Positions 38,727-51,907 of a stretch of 64,000 bases of DNA are shown here, in pieces. This stretch comes from the human T2T-CHM13v2.0 reference genome, Homo sapiens. Position 1 is the stretch's first letter, and every line of letters begins with the position of its first letter. A program made the position numbers and the translations under genes. The stretch is taken from assembly GCF_009914755.1 (NCBI RefSeq), contig NC_060941.1. One strand, given 5' to 3'. The notes beneath the pieces were generated by a model, which was not told the origin of the DNA, searched no databases, and saw only the letters and a program-made list of their open reading frames with translations.

Positions 38727-39520
38727 TGCCGTAAACCAAGAATAAAATTCTAAGCCCCACAGCCGATCGCGTGGACCCCGCCTCTGGGCCAAAGGGATTC
38801 CAGAGAAACCTGAAGAACTAGTTCAGGCCGTGATGAGGAGGAGTGGGGGCTGGACAGGCCTCATTGTACCCTCCTCCCTTTGGAATTTGGGCAGAACTGA
38901 CCAGAACCAACATTAAAACAGAGATCTGAAGACTGACAAGGCTCTCTAGCAATAAGATACCAAATTCCAACCTGACTCCAGTGCAGCATCACATGACAGA
39001 CAGAGGCCATGAAATCAATATTTTACCTCAAAATATATTTCTTTGACATACTTTGAAATGGCCCTGCCAAGCTGTCTCTTGTGGGGGACATTTACATTCT
39101 GTAGAGAATCCCTTCCCTTTCCAGGTCTTTCTCTGATCCTGAAGACATTGGCTGAGAGCCTAGCACCTTCTATGGGTCTGAACAGGAAACATTTGCCATC
39201 TATTGTCTCTAAGGGTGGCCACCTATGAAACTTCATCTACATAATAAGAACCTTGGTCTGCACAGTCTCTTATCTTAACCCAGACTCTCCTTTCTATTGA
39301 TAGCAGGTCTGTAGATAATAATTCTTTCAACCAATTGAGAATCAGAAAATCTTTGAATCTATCTATGACCTGTAAACCCCATTACTTTGAATTTTCCTCC
39401 TTCCAGACCAAACCAATGCACAACTCCTACGTACTGATGGTGGTCTTACGTTTCCCTAAGTTTCTGCCGACTAAACTGTGCACACGTTCTCAGGACCTCC
39501 TGAAGCTGCGTCACAGGCGC
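38727..39520 (+). mobile_element. MER4-group ERV1 LTR
   Basis: aataaaattctaagccccc...aactagttcaggccgtgatg...aatcaatattttacctcaaaatatatttctttgacatactttgaaatggccctgc. Confidence 0.7.
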
Positions 39521-39524
39521 TGAT

Positions 39525-39956
39525 CAAAGAACACAACCAAGGTGAGTGTCAATCATTTCAAGAAATCTGTTTGCAAGGTTAAGGACACACCTGAGAAAAG
39601 AACAGAGAACCACAGGAAAAACTGTGGTCCGTGCTTTTCCCAAAGGTTGTCTGGGGACCTCAGTAAGTAAAGGGGAGAAGTGTGGGTGTTGGGGAAAGGG
39701 GAAGAAGTGGAAAAAATGGGTGTGGGTAAATCAGAGGCAAATGGTTGCATTCTTCTGTCTTTGGTCAGCGTTCACTGAATACACATTTTACATGTGATGG
39801 AGGTAGAGGCAGGGATGTAGCTTTTTTATCTTTGTGTAATAGCTATCTTATTTAGGAACCAGATGGGAAGCAGGTTTGCATAAGCCAGTTCCCAGCTTGG
39901 CTTTTCCCTTTGGCTTAGTGAGTCTGGGGTCCCAGGATTTATTTTCCGTTCTCACA
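39525..39956 (-). mobile_element. MER4A-like ERV1 LTR
   Basis: Ends cagttcccagcttggcttttccctttggcttagtgagtctggggtcccaggatttattttcc..tcaca, the reverse complement of the MER4A start. Confidence 0.75.
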
Positions 39957-40414
39957 GGTTGTAGTCCTCACATTTGGCTCAAAATATTCAAAATTTTTTC
40001 CAGAGTTTGGCCTTTTCTTCAGCACTGGGAATTGTGATCCAAAGCTTTTCCTGATGAGGTACAAAGTTGGAGAAACAAAACGCAAACTAAGCAACAATGA
40101 AACAGAACAGAGTGAATCTGCTGTAGCTCAAGAGAGGACGTAGCTGCCCCCACCCCGCATCCCCGGGCTCGGGTTTGCCTTGCTGACCTCTGCTGCCACC
40201 TGGTGCCGCACAGAGAAACTGAGGAGAAACCACATCAGTCTCCTTCAGCCTCAGCTTCACATCTGTGGGTCAAGCAACCCTTTCAGAAGCTGTATAATGT
40301 GGGAAAGCTTTCCTCTCAGGAAAATGCACACATCCAACTTTGAGAAGATGCCCTTGGGGGTGCTTCAAGGATCCTAGATAATAACCCCCTTTCCCGAACA
40401 TCCAAGAACCTAAG

Positions 40415-40711
<297 letters not shown>

Positions 40712-41039
40712 CAAGAACCCAACTTTTAGATCTAGAGTGATGTCAGCATGACATTGATTTCCTGAGGCCCAGGGGTGAAGGAGCTGAGGACAGCAGAGGG
40801 GTGAAGGAAGTCAGCTACAGACAGCAGCAGCTGATGCACAGGCCTCCCAGCGCCTGAAGTCACCCGGAATTGGGAAGTGCTCAGAAGCTTACAAAGCTGC
40901 CTCGAGGTGGGAACACAACATTAATCCAAGAGCAGATCCCTGATCCTATAAAAATGTACTAGATGCAGTGGGGGCATTTTAAATGAGCAGGGAAGGACAG
41001 ACAGATAAACAGAAGGACAAACAGTATTGGGATTGGGAT

Positions 41040-41582
41040 AAATGCTCAGCTTTTGCCCAAATCTTAGTGACTTAAGCATCACTTATTTGCTCACGATTCT
41101 GTGGCTGGACCATTTGGTTTGGCTCACAGGGCAGGGACTGTGCTGGTCTTACCTGAGCAGACCTGCATGTCTGCGGTCAACTGGGTTGGCAGAGACAGAG
41201 TGACTGTCTTCCTCCAGGAAGCAGCAGGTTAACTGGTTGGCAGAGACAGAGGGACTGAGGGACTGTCTCCCTCCAGGAAGCAGCAGGTTAACTGGTTGGC
41301 AGAGACAGAGGGACAGAGGGACTGTCTTCCTCCAGGAAGCAGCAGGTTGGCTCTGGTTCCTTCGTGGGGCAGCTGGTCTCCAGGGCAGCAAGAGAGACCA
41401 AGCCCCCGTGCACATTCTACAGCCTCTGTGCACATCAGACTTGTTAATATCCCATTGGCCAGTGCAAGTCACACGGCCAAGCCCAGATTAAGGAGTGGAA
41501 AGATGGACGCTATCTCCTCCTGGGAGAGGAGGCAAAGGAGGTGAGAGCATTATGTGGCCACTTATGTTTGCAATCTACCATA
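41040..41582 (-). mobile_element. MLT1-type MaLR LTR with an internal ~60-bp tandem triplication (41179-41349)
   Basis: tttgctcacgattctgtgg...atcccattggccagtgcaagtcacacggccaagcccaga...tttgcaatctacca. Confidence 0.7.
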
Positions 41583-43269
41583 CTTAGCCCTTTGAGAAAA
41601 GAATTAACTGAGAAACTTGCTTCAAATAGGGCATTCAGTAAAATGAAGCCCCAATTGAAGTAAAATGCATATATAAAAAATGAAACTGTGACCGATTTTA
41701 AGGACAGTATTGGCAAATATTTCTGTGCTCTTGGAGGAGAAGACCCTTATTGGCATGACGTGTCAGAAACCACAATGAAAGAATTATTTTAACTTGCATT
41801 CATAAAAATTAAAATTATTCATTAAAAACATCGTGAATGAAATTAAAAGTCAAAATGTAAGCCAGAAAATTATTTACAACATATGTGTCAGGAAAAGACA
41901 ATACCCTTCAGACTTTGAGAGTTTACATCAGAAAGAAAATAGCAAATGACATGATCCAAACTTGATAAAGGACATGAAAAAGAGCCAGCACTTAGTATGT
42001 TTTCTGAATGAATAAGTAGCCAACAGCACATGAAAATGTGTGTAATCCACTTGTAAGCAGAGAAATGCAAATTAAAACAGTAAAGTGTCATTTTCACTTC
42101 CTGGATTGGCAAAGGGTTTTATGTATTTTACTGACAGTGCTCAACATTAGCAGTAAACAACAAATGGTGAGTAAATATGAGCTTCGGAACCTCAGGGAAA
42201 TGATCTCCTTATTTCAACCTGTAGATTCCTTCCTACAACCAGTGTAGAGCAGAGTACCAGGACGGGCCATTGAGCACCCTGGTGTTGAGAGCAAGTGGCC
42301 TCTAGTCAGAGTTGGGTCAGGGCCACTGTGAGTGGGCTGCCCCCAACATGAGTCAGCTGTCTAGGACTAGTTTATCTCTGCTTCTCACTTTACTGGTATT
42401 ATGGGGCAGCTCCTGCTGTCTTCCAATTTGGTGTCTTCCAAATCGGCACCGTCTTTTAAAGTTGAGTTTCTTGTTATTCTCACCTGATATACCTTATTTA
42501 TCCCACACCCACCCCAATAACATATCGTGCTCAGTGTTATCTTTGAGACAACACTTGAATTTTACTCAGCCTGGCGTGCTCTTCACATGTCTTGTCTAGA
42601 TCCAGTTCGGACTCATTCTTCAGCCGTGCATCAGTAAATGGGGGCTAGGTTAAACTGTGGTGACAAACAACCTCCAAATTTCAGTGGCTCAAAAATCTTC
42701 TTCCTCATTTATTTACATTTCATCATGGGTCAGGTGAGAGGTAGCTCTGTGCCGTGTCATCCTAACACAGGAATCCAGACAGAAGGAGGGACAATCAGTA
42801 AGATCCCCATTGCTATAGAAAAGAGAAAAAAGTATGCGGAATAGAACTCTGTTTCTTGGAGATTTCTCCTGAAAAAGTCACATGTTATTTCTTCTCACCT
42901 CCATTGGCAAAAAAAAAGTCATGTGGCCATGTGAAAATGTAAGTAGGCGGGATGGAACAGTCAGAATGCATTCATAAAATATGAACTGAAAATATCTGGA
43001 GAACAGCACCTATGACTACCACGAATGCCAACATGCATCCCTAACAACCCAGTGCTGTCACCCTCCAAACTTTTTATGTCTTGCAAAGTATTAGAACTTC
43101 TTATCTGAAGCCATACCACTCAGAGGGAATGCAAAATACATATTGACATCTCCTTTAGGATGTCCTTAGAGAATTCAAGGAAAAGAAGTTAAATAATTTA
43201 AAAGTGCTTTTGGGTACAGCTATTTAGCACTAGAGGGTAAGATTAGACATAGATTGTAAAGATAATAAT

Positions 43270-43443
43270 AGGGTTAGGGATAGGATTAGGATCTGGGTCA
43301 GAGTCAGGGCCAGAAGTATGGTTAGAGGTGGGGTCATGGTCAGGGTCGAGATCAAAGTCAGGGTCAGAATTAGGGACCAGGATAGGGATCAGGATTTAGG
43401 TTCAGTGTCAAAGTCTTGGGACAAGGTTAGGGTTAGAATTAGA
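43270..43443 (+). repeat. Degenerate interstitial telomere-like hexamer repeat
   Basis: gggttagggataggattagg...gtcagggtc...aggttagggttagaattag. Confidence 0.7.
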
Positions 43444-43465
43444 ACCAGAGCTTTGTTCTCCTCAG

Positions 43466-43593
43466 GACCCACCCGAGGGTGGGTCACCATGGCTTTGGAG
43501 CCCCTGGTAGTGTGGCGTGTCCACAGTGAAGACCAGAGTTTCATTGTCCTTAAGACTGACCTGGGGAGACGTGGCTGCAGGCCATTGAGGAAG
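43466..43593 (+). other. Candidate spliced exon of the transcribed RPL23A-pseudogene locus (contains a Kozak ATG at 43489)
   Basis: Acceptor ctttgttctcctcag|g, donor aag|gtgagg, start context gtcaccATGg. Confidence 0.6.
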
Positions 43594-44133
43594 GTGAGGA
43601 AAAACTTCCTGTCTGCTCCCCGTGTGCTGAGGAGGGAGCTCTGCCGTGGGCTTTACTTTCACATGTTATATTCCACAAGTCTTGTTTTACAAAAGCATCC
43701 CTTCCTTGAGGCTTCGGCTGCTCATCGCTGCTCATCATCATAGCGTGCCATAACATATAGTAAGATTTGGGTTTGTTTCTGGGGAGAGATCTTGGTATAG
43801 AGAAAGGAGAAATGCTTAGAGCCACCATCAGGACAGTTGGGATGAAAGTTGGGTATAGGCAGAGGCTGGAGGAAACATGTGCATCCCCTGTAAACACTTT
43901 TATTCATGTTTTAATTACTCATTTTTCTTACAGTGTTAAATTAGTAAAGATAGTATTGAAAAATTGAAAAGTAGGCATATTAAAACCTGCAACACTATTT
44001 AAGCTTAGATATATTATTTGTACCTCATCAACATTTTTTATTTTGTTGAGAAAGTTTAAGGTTAATTGACAGCATATTTCTAATAGTAGATAGAATAACA
44101 TCCCTTTTATAAACATTGACATCCTACATTACA

Positions 44134-44580
44134 TGTGTGAACCCTGAAAATCTGAGACAGCTCTCAGATTTTTTAGAAAGTTTATTTTGCCAATCTTGAG
44201 GATGTGCACCTGTGATGCCTCCTCAGGAGATCCTGACAACATGGGCCCAAGGTGGTCGGGGCACAGCTTGGTTTTATACACTTTAGGGAGACACGAGAGA
44301 TCAATCAATATGTGTAAGATGTACATTGGTTCAGTCCAGAAAGGTGAGAAGGCCAGACAGGGGGCTTCCAGGTCACAGGTAGGTAAGAGACAAATGGTTT
44401 CATTCTTTTGCATTGCTGATTACCCTCTCCACGTGAGGCAATCAGGTATGCATTTATCTCGGTGATCAGACGGGTGTCTTTGGATAGAATGGGAGGCGGG
44501 TTTGCCCTAGGCAGTTCCCAGCTTGACTTTTCCCTTTAGCTTAGTGATTTTGGGTCCCCAAGATTTATTTTCCCTTCGTA
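44134..44580 (-). mobile_element. MER4A-like ERV1 solo LTR
   Basis: gaaaatctgagacag..aaagtttattttgcca..ggcagttcccagcttgacttttccctttagcttagtgattttgggtcccca. Confidence 0.8.
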
Positions 44581-45469
44581 AGTGTTCCTATGAGTATTAA
44601 TTATTCATTGTGTCTTTTATTACACAAATAAGGCACAGATTTTTAAGAAATCATCAACTTCATGGCTACCTATATAGACATAATTACATAGAAGCTCAAC
44701 TAAATTTGCAAACATTCCAGAGTTTGGGTTTCCAATAATTCTTTGTGATTCTTTAAAAGGTAAAGTATTTTTTCCCATAAAACATAGCAACATTTAAAAT
44801 CAACCGTAGAATGTCCTGCCATTTTTGTTTCTCTAGTTTCCTCATTTTCTGCAAAGCCTCACTGAGGAAATTGACTTTGAATATCCTTTTAGACTCTTGT
44901 TTTAGAAAGCATTGTGGTAAAACATTGAATCATCGTGGTCACAAGTTCTGTTCACATTCTTTCTTTCTTTGAATATTTTTTCCCAGTGGCCAATATTTGA
45001 TTCTGTTGTATCATGGCTAAAAGGTAGGCATGGCAACAAAATAAAGACAAGAAGTCTTTGGAATAATTGATCCCATCACAATGAATCAATTTGCCATTGG
45101 AACATGTTTTTACAAAGTCACTCTTTTGAAAATATTCAGCTATGACTTGAAACAGAGTCTGTATGGTTAATATTTTTCCTGGTCTAAGATGAACAGCATT
45201 TTAGAGAATGAACCCAGGACACAACCACAGCACAAGAAAAACATGTGATAATTAAGTTTACACATGTGTGTTACTACAGTAACAGAAAACATGTAAAGAA
45301 CATTTGATTTATGTATCAGTCTGCACTGTTTAATTTTTTGTGTCATAATTGCTCTTATTTTAAAAAACAGGACTAGTTAACAGTGTCAATTACTAGTAAT
45401 TCATGGTATAAATAATTAAACAAGGAAGTGTTAAAAAAAGTGTTTTAAATAAAGTTTTATTTTACGTCT

Positions 45470-46795
45470 TTTTTTTACTTACACAGAAATCGTCAAAAAA
45501 AAAAAAAGCAGAGATTTCCCATGTAGCCGCAACCTAGTTTCCTCTCTTATTAACATCTTCTATCAGTGTGTCTCACATGGCTTATTAATATCTTACATAA
45601 TTTGCCGCAGTTAATGAACCAATACTGATAGACTGTTATTAACTAAAGTTCATATTTCATTTGGATTCCCTTAGTTCTATCTTACTCTGACCCAGGATCC
45701 CATCCAGGATCCCACACGACATGTAGTCATCACATAGGCTCTTCCTGGCTGTGACAGTGTGTTAGGCTTTCCATCTCATGATGACCTTCATAGCACTGAG
45801 GAGGACTGGTCAGGAATGTTGTAGAATGTCCCCCATTGTCACTTCATGTTCTCAAGGTGAACTGTCACCTTTGATGTTCACTTGGATCATTTGGCAGAGC
45901 TAATGTTTGTCAGGTTTCTCCACTGTGAGGTTATTTCTCCTCCTTGTCCGCACTGCATGTGTTCTTTTGGAGCAAGTCACTATGCAGAGCCTCACTCCGT
46001 CAGGAGTTGGCTCCACCTTCTTGACGGCTGAGTGTCTACATCAATTATTTGGAATTCTTTTGCAAAGGAGATTTCTATGCAACTCCATTTGCTTATTCAC
46101 CTAGGTATACAAATACAGACACCTAGATAATTACCTTAAGCTTTAGTTATTATTCAACACTACAGTATTATGTTGCACAATTCATTCCTGTGTTGGCCAT
46201 CAGTAGCTGTTTTTATTGGCTCTTATTTTTCTTTGATATGTTTTAATTTTTTTGTACTTACTTTCTGATACTTCCAGATTATCCTGGCTCCTATATTTAC
46301 TGTCCCAGTTCTAGTATCAGACATTTCTTCAAAGAGCCTGATTCCTTTCAGAATGGTAGGAAAACTTACATCTGGCTGCTGAATGAGCACATTGTATCTT
46401 CTCCCTCATTGGCAATGCTAGGAAGTATATGTGTGTGTCTAACCTACCTATACACACCTAATTATAAAGTTTTCTATGTAGAACTGTGTGTGTCTATATT
46501 AAACTAAACATAAGTTTACATTGATGTCTCCACCTCTGATCTACTATCACATGAATCATTCTAGCCTTCTCGCCTTGCTAATTTGTAACCTCCCACTTCA
46601 ACAGTAAGAAACCTGGTTCCCACCATCTGCGACTTATGTAAGTCATTGTTTTATTCCAGATACAGACACTGTGGTTTTACAATTGTTCACAATTGCTTCT
46701 GTTGGAAAGAACTTTATAAAATGGAATCCAATAATGAAGTATAGTTCATGTGCCTTCAGCCTACAGATTCTTTTCATTTTCAAAGTTTTTACCTA
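45470..46795 (-). mobile_element. Old L1M 3' fragment
   Basis: gacccaggatcccatccaggatcccacacgacatgtagtc...gaatgttgtagaatgtcccc, antisense of the same L1M 3'UTR type seen near 27 kb. Confidence 0.7.
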
Positions 46796-46799
46796 GATT

Positions 46800-47247
46800 T
46801 GTGTCTCAGTCCATTTTGTGCTTCTGTAACAGAATACCTGAGGCTGCGTAATTTATAAGTAAAAAAGTTTCATTTGTTTGACAATACTGGTGGCTGGAAT
46901 GTGTGAGATTGGGCAGTTGCATCTGGCGGGGCCTCAGTCTTTTTCACCTCATGGTGGAAAGTGGAAGGGGAGCAAGGGGTGCACCAGAGATCACACAGCA
47001 GAAGTGAAAGCAAGAGGGAAGCCAAGGAAGCCAGACTCTTTTTAATTACCTACTCCTGCAGGAATTATCTATTCCTGTGAGAACAGAACTCACTCACCCC
47101 CATGGAGGACATTAATCTATTCATGAGGGATCCGTCCCCACGACCCAAACACCATCCACTAGGCCCCACCGCCCCACACTGACGCAGTGGGAGTCAAATT
47201 TCAACATGAGTTTTTGTGGGGACAAACCACATCCAAACCATAGTAAT
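46800..47247 (-). mobile_element. MST/MLT1A-type MaLR LTR
   Basis: tgtgtctcagtccattttgtgcttctgtaacagaatacctgaggctg...tttcaacatgagtttttgtggggacaaaccacatccaaaccatag. Confidence 0.85.
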
Positions 47248-47889
47248 TTGTAGCATAAATTCTTTTTCACATGATGTATTCTGTCCTGGGATACTCCACA
47301 TCCTGAGTAATTGGATTTAATTTGAATAGAGTTTGCTTTAACCATTTGGCTGTAAAATTCTGCGTATTTCGACAAATGCATTGTGGCAGATATCCCACTA
47401 TTAAAGTATCATATGGAATGCCTCAAACCCCCACCCCATGGAGCCAATGGCTTCCCATCTGTGTAGTTTGCCTTCTCCAGTGTCTCATTAAATGAGGTCA
47501 CACTGTGTGTATCCTCCTCAGACTGTCTTCTTCCACTTAGCAATGTGCATGCAAGATTCACTCATGTCTTTGTGTGTGTTGATATCTTGTTCCTTTCTAT
47601 GGCTAAATAGTATTCCATTACATGAATGTAGCACAATTTGGTTATGCATTTTGGGGAGCAGAACCTTCCTCTTCTAACTTTGTTCCAGGGTTGGAGACCT
47701 TCAAATTAACTGACACTAGATACATTAGTAGGAGAGACAATACTTGGCTTCTTGTTCCCCAAGTATCATTGTGGGACAAAATTCATCAGATGGCAGGATC
47801 CAGTTTACAAAGAGGTAAAAATAGCCCAGAAACAAGAAACAAGACTAGAATCTGATAACTCACAATGGCTATAGTTTTCCTTTAAAAAA

Positions 47890-48154
47890 TTTTTTTTTGA
47901 GACAGGGTCTGGCTCTGTCACCCAGGCTGGAGTGCAAAGGTGCAATCTCAGCTCACTGCAACCTCTACCTCCTGGGTGCAAACGATCCTCCCTCCTCAGC
48001 CTCCTGATTACCTGGGACACAGGCACATGCCGTCATGCCCATCTAATTTTTGTATTTTTGGTAGAGACGGGGTTTCACCATGTCGCCCAGGCTGATGTTG
48101 AACTCCTGGCCTTCCAAAGGGCTGTAATTATAGGCATGTGCCACCATGCCCGGC
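47890..48154 (-). mobile_element. AluJ with an internal deletion
   Basis: gagacagggtctggctctgtcacccaggctggagtgc...catgcccggc. Confidence 0.88.
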
Positions 48155-49000
48155 TGTGTTATACTTTTCCTTTGAAAGATAAAATTTCTCTCTGTAGTAA
48201 CCATCATTTTTGATCATAATCAAAGTAAGACTATTCTTGTTTTAAAAATAAGTCTAGTTTTGTTAGATTTTGCTTGATTATTTACGTAAGTGCAGCAAGA
48301 ACAGGAGATGACCACGTAGGTGCTTTCAGGTTTCTTTGCTGGAAGTTTTCATACAGAATCTCAGATTTGACTTTTAAAGGCCTTATTCAGGCTAAAAGCC
48401 AAGCCAAGAACATGCTATCAAATTTCAGCTGCAGTCCTTATAGCTTTGTGTGAATTCCTCTCTTCTTGAGGCCCCAAAATATCCCTAAATTCCTGGGCCT
48501 ACCAGGAAATGACCTTCCTTACTAACCTATAAGGCTGTGAACCCTGTAATCTAGGTATCAGGCTGGGTTTTCTCAGAGTGCTGTTGGGAATGAAGTTTTT
48601 TATGTTCCCCCCCCCAAAAAAAGAACTAACATGGGAACAAATGATCTCTTAGCAAGGCGAGCTTTATTTTTCTGCACAAAGGGTGCTACTCAATAGCTGT
48701 CCAGCTACAAGAGCACACCAAACAAAGGAGACAGAGTTACTTATAACCTGACGTGTCTACCCTACTGCTGTGTCCAGTTTCCATTGGCTGGAATAGGACC
48801 TCCCATTTTACACTTTACCCGATTGGCTGTTTGTTTAAAACTTTCTTAATTAGGTAAGGGGAATAGAAGAAAGAAAGAAAAGGAAGTTGCCCAGGGATAG
48901 TTAAGGAAGCATCTCCAAATAAGGAATGGCATGCAGTATGGGCTGGGGCTTGTCTAGTTCTGTCCAGGCATGCTGGAGCAAGCTAGGACAAGTGATTTGG

Positions 49001-49002
<2 letters not shown>

Positions 49003-49044
<42 letters not shown>
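49003..49044. repeat. (CA)21 microsatellite
   Basis: Uninterrupted CA run. Confidence 0.97.
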
Positions 49045-49048
<4 letters not shown>

Positions 49049-49893
49049 AAAATAGTGGGTAGTTGTGACTTTATAATCTTTGAGGAAGAACTTTCCTCAA
49101 AGTTTTCCACAGTGCTTTGTAAGCATTGTCTCCATAAAAGTGAACCTTACTTCCTTAAAATTGCTGGTCATAACTGATCTTAGGTACACTTCCTAATTAT
49201 GATGTTCCAGTAAAAACCTTGATAATATAACCAAAATTTCCAATTATGTCCTGTTATAAGGTGAATAGATTCTTATTGGACTTTTGCTAACAACTATATC
49301 ATCGTGGAAATAAGAGTATTCAGTAAGGATTTCAAAATTCTGGAAAAATCAGGCAAGAAAAAAAGATAAACGCTTCATTTCTGTTTACAAAAGTATAATC
49401 TACTAAATTGTTGTAAGTTACAGTTAGAGTAAGAGAAAGAGATTTCTTAAATCCAGAAACTAGAATATTAACCAGCAATGCTCCAAAAAGCTATACAATT
49501 ATAATCAATTTTCATCAGTTCATTCAGTGCCATGTAATCAATTCCAGTCTTGTGGATCTTGAGTTAGCAGTGTCATGAACCCATCAGTTTCCCAACCGGA
49601 CTTCTGGAGACCTTAACTGAGTCAAGTGTATGGTCTTAAAGTTATTTAAGCAATATCATCAGAAGCCTATAACCAGAGTACCTGTCATAGTCTTTTCTGT
49701 GAGTCTCAGAGGGAGTCCTGTCTTGGAGACGAACATTCTGACCTGTAGTTGATTGCAGGAGCTTTCAGGAAAGCATCAGGGGGAAATAATATCTAAATGA
49801 CAAAAAGTATGAAATGGCTGTGATGAAAGATCTGATGAGAGTTCATTATACCACAACTGACAAGGATATTCGATTTTTTCTGTGGCAGACAAC

Positions 49894-50194
49894 ATTTATT
49901 TATTTCTTTATTTAGAGACAGAGTCTTGCTCTGTCGCCCAGGCTGGAGTGCAGCGGTGCGATCTGGGCTCACTGCAAGCTCTGTCTCTTGGGTTCACGCC
50001 ATTCTCCTGCCTCAGCCTCCTGAGTAGCTGGGACTACAGGTGCCTGCCATCACGCCGGGCTAATTTTTTATATTTTTAATAGAGATGGAGATTCACCGGG
50101 TTAGCCAGGATGGTCTGGATCTCCTGACCTTGTGATCCACCCGCCTCAGCCTCCTAAAGTGCTGGGATTATAGGCATGAGCCACTGTGCCTGGC
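49894..50194 (-). mobile_element. AluY-like
   Basis: gagacagagtcttgctctgtcgcccaggctgg..ctgcaagctc..gttagccaggatggtc; TSD acaacattta. Confidence 0.92.
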
Positions 50195-50925
50195 ACAACA
50201 TTTAAAGTAATAATTGGAATTATGACTCATTACTCTATAGTGGCACATAGCATGGATAAGGAGGACATTGACAAACTTCCAGGAATTTTATATAATTTCT
50301 GAAAACATAACATTTTACCCATACAAATATAACACAGGGAAGGTTAGGTATCTCTTTTTATTTGTATCTTCTGTATGGTTTTCCTTATAAAAAATGCAAC
50401 CTACTTTACTTGCGAAACATGCCCTACTTTTCTTGCATGCTTTGCATAGTTTCTAGTTATTCTATTATTTCTAGTAGTTTTATTTACATATATTGATTAT
50501 AATTTTAATACTTAGTAATCTTTTATTTTCCAGAGAAAACTAGGAAGTAGACAGTTATAAACTGTCATATATTAGCATTCTATAGTAGGTTAGAAAATGT
50601 ATGAATATACCATCTCCCAACATCTAGAGGGATGTGTTTCCTCATAATACAATTCCTCAGTGTGGCAGAAAAAAACATGTTTATTAACGGGCCAAAATAT
50701 CTTTAGTCTCTCTGTAAAAATAGGAAGCCAAAAGTACATAAACTTGAATTATTTATGTTCAGTAATTAATGTTTTAGTATTGTATCTTATTTATAAATGA
50801 TCTAGATATTTAATGCAAATCTTTTACTTAGCTTAACTTTAAGGTTAAAAATTACCAAAAGTACTTTGGAAACTATTCTTAGGCAGATTTACTGTAAACA
50901 AATTATTTTTGAAATAATGTTTTTC

Positions 50926-51458
50926 GCTTTTCACAAGATGGCACCAAAAGCGAAGGAAGCTCCTGCTCCTCCTAAAGCCGAAGCCAAAGCGAAGGCTTTA
51001 AAGGCCAAGAAGGCAGTGTTGAAAGGTGTCCGCAGCCACACGCAAAAAAGAAGATCCGCATGTCACTCACCTTCAGGCGGCCCAAGACACTGCGACTCCG
51101 GAGGCAGCCCAGATATCCTCGGAAGAGTACCCCCACGAGAAACAAGCTTGGCCACTATGCTATCATCAAGTTTCCGCTGGCCACTGAGTCGGCCGTGAAG
51201 AAGATAGAAGAAAACAACACGCTTGTGTTCACTGTGGATGTTAAAGCCAACAAGCACCAGATCAGACAGGCTGTGAAGAAGGTCTATGACAGTGATGTGG
51301 CCAAGGTCACCACCCTGATTTGTCCTGATAAAGAGAAGAAGGCATATGTTCGACTTGCTCCTGATTATGATGCTTTCGATGTTGTAACAAAATTGGGATC
51401 ACCTAAACTGAGTCCAGCTGGCTAACTCTAAATATATGTGTATCTTTTCAGCATAAAA
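50926..51458 (+). pseudogene. Processed pseudogene of ribosomal protein L23a (RPL23AP family; RPL23AP87 if this is 17q)
   Basis: Intronless [31 protein letters not shown]...[17 protein letters not shown]...[37 protein letters not shown]...[13 protein letters not shown]; frameshifts near 51040 and 51385; A-tail remnant; 14-bp TSD aaataatgtttttc (50912-50925 and 51459-51472). Confidence 0.97.
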
Positions 51459-51907
51459 AAATAATGTTTTTCATAAGAATGACAACTTAATTAGAATCAA
51501 ATCTATAAGCTTTAAGATTTTATGTTTCTAGTAAGTATAATATTAGCTTATTTGACTAGAACTCAAGCAGAATAGGAATTTATGCTTGTTTTATATTCAA
51601 TAATAATTTTGAAGATACAGTTGTTTTATTACACCAAAAATACTATATTAATCTTATTTAACTAAGTTTTATCCAAATCATGTTAACTTAAGAAACATTT
51701 GATCAGTTCCTATATTTCTAGGAGTTTGGTGAATATTTATTTATAAATGCTTATTTTTTTCCAAGCCAAGTTAGAATAGAGCACTTTTAGAGGATTTCAT
51801 AAATGAATTTTGCAATGCTCTCTGGAGTTAAGAAAATATCACATATACATAACATACATTAATAGATACACAAACACAAATAGAGATTTCATAGCTTTCA
51901 TCCTGAA

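Noticed and set aside
42312-42599. ORF with a signal-peptide-like hydrophobic stretch
   Set aside because: Short, lies among old repeats, and has no recognisable domain
50938-51425. Functional RPL23A gene
   Set aside because: Intronless, with TSDs, A tail, two frameshifts and many substitutions
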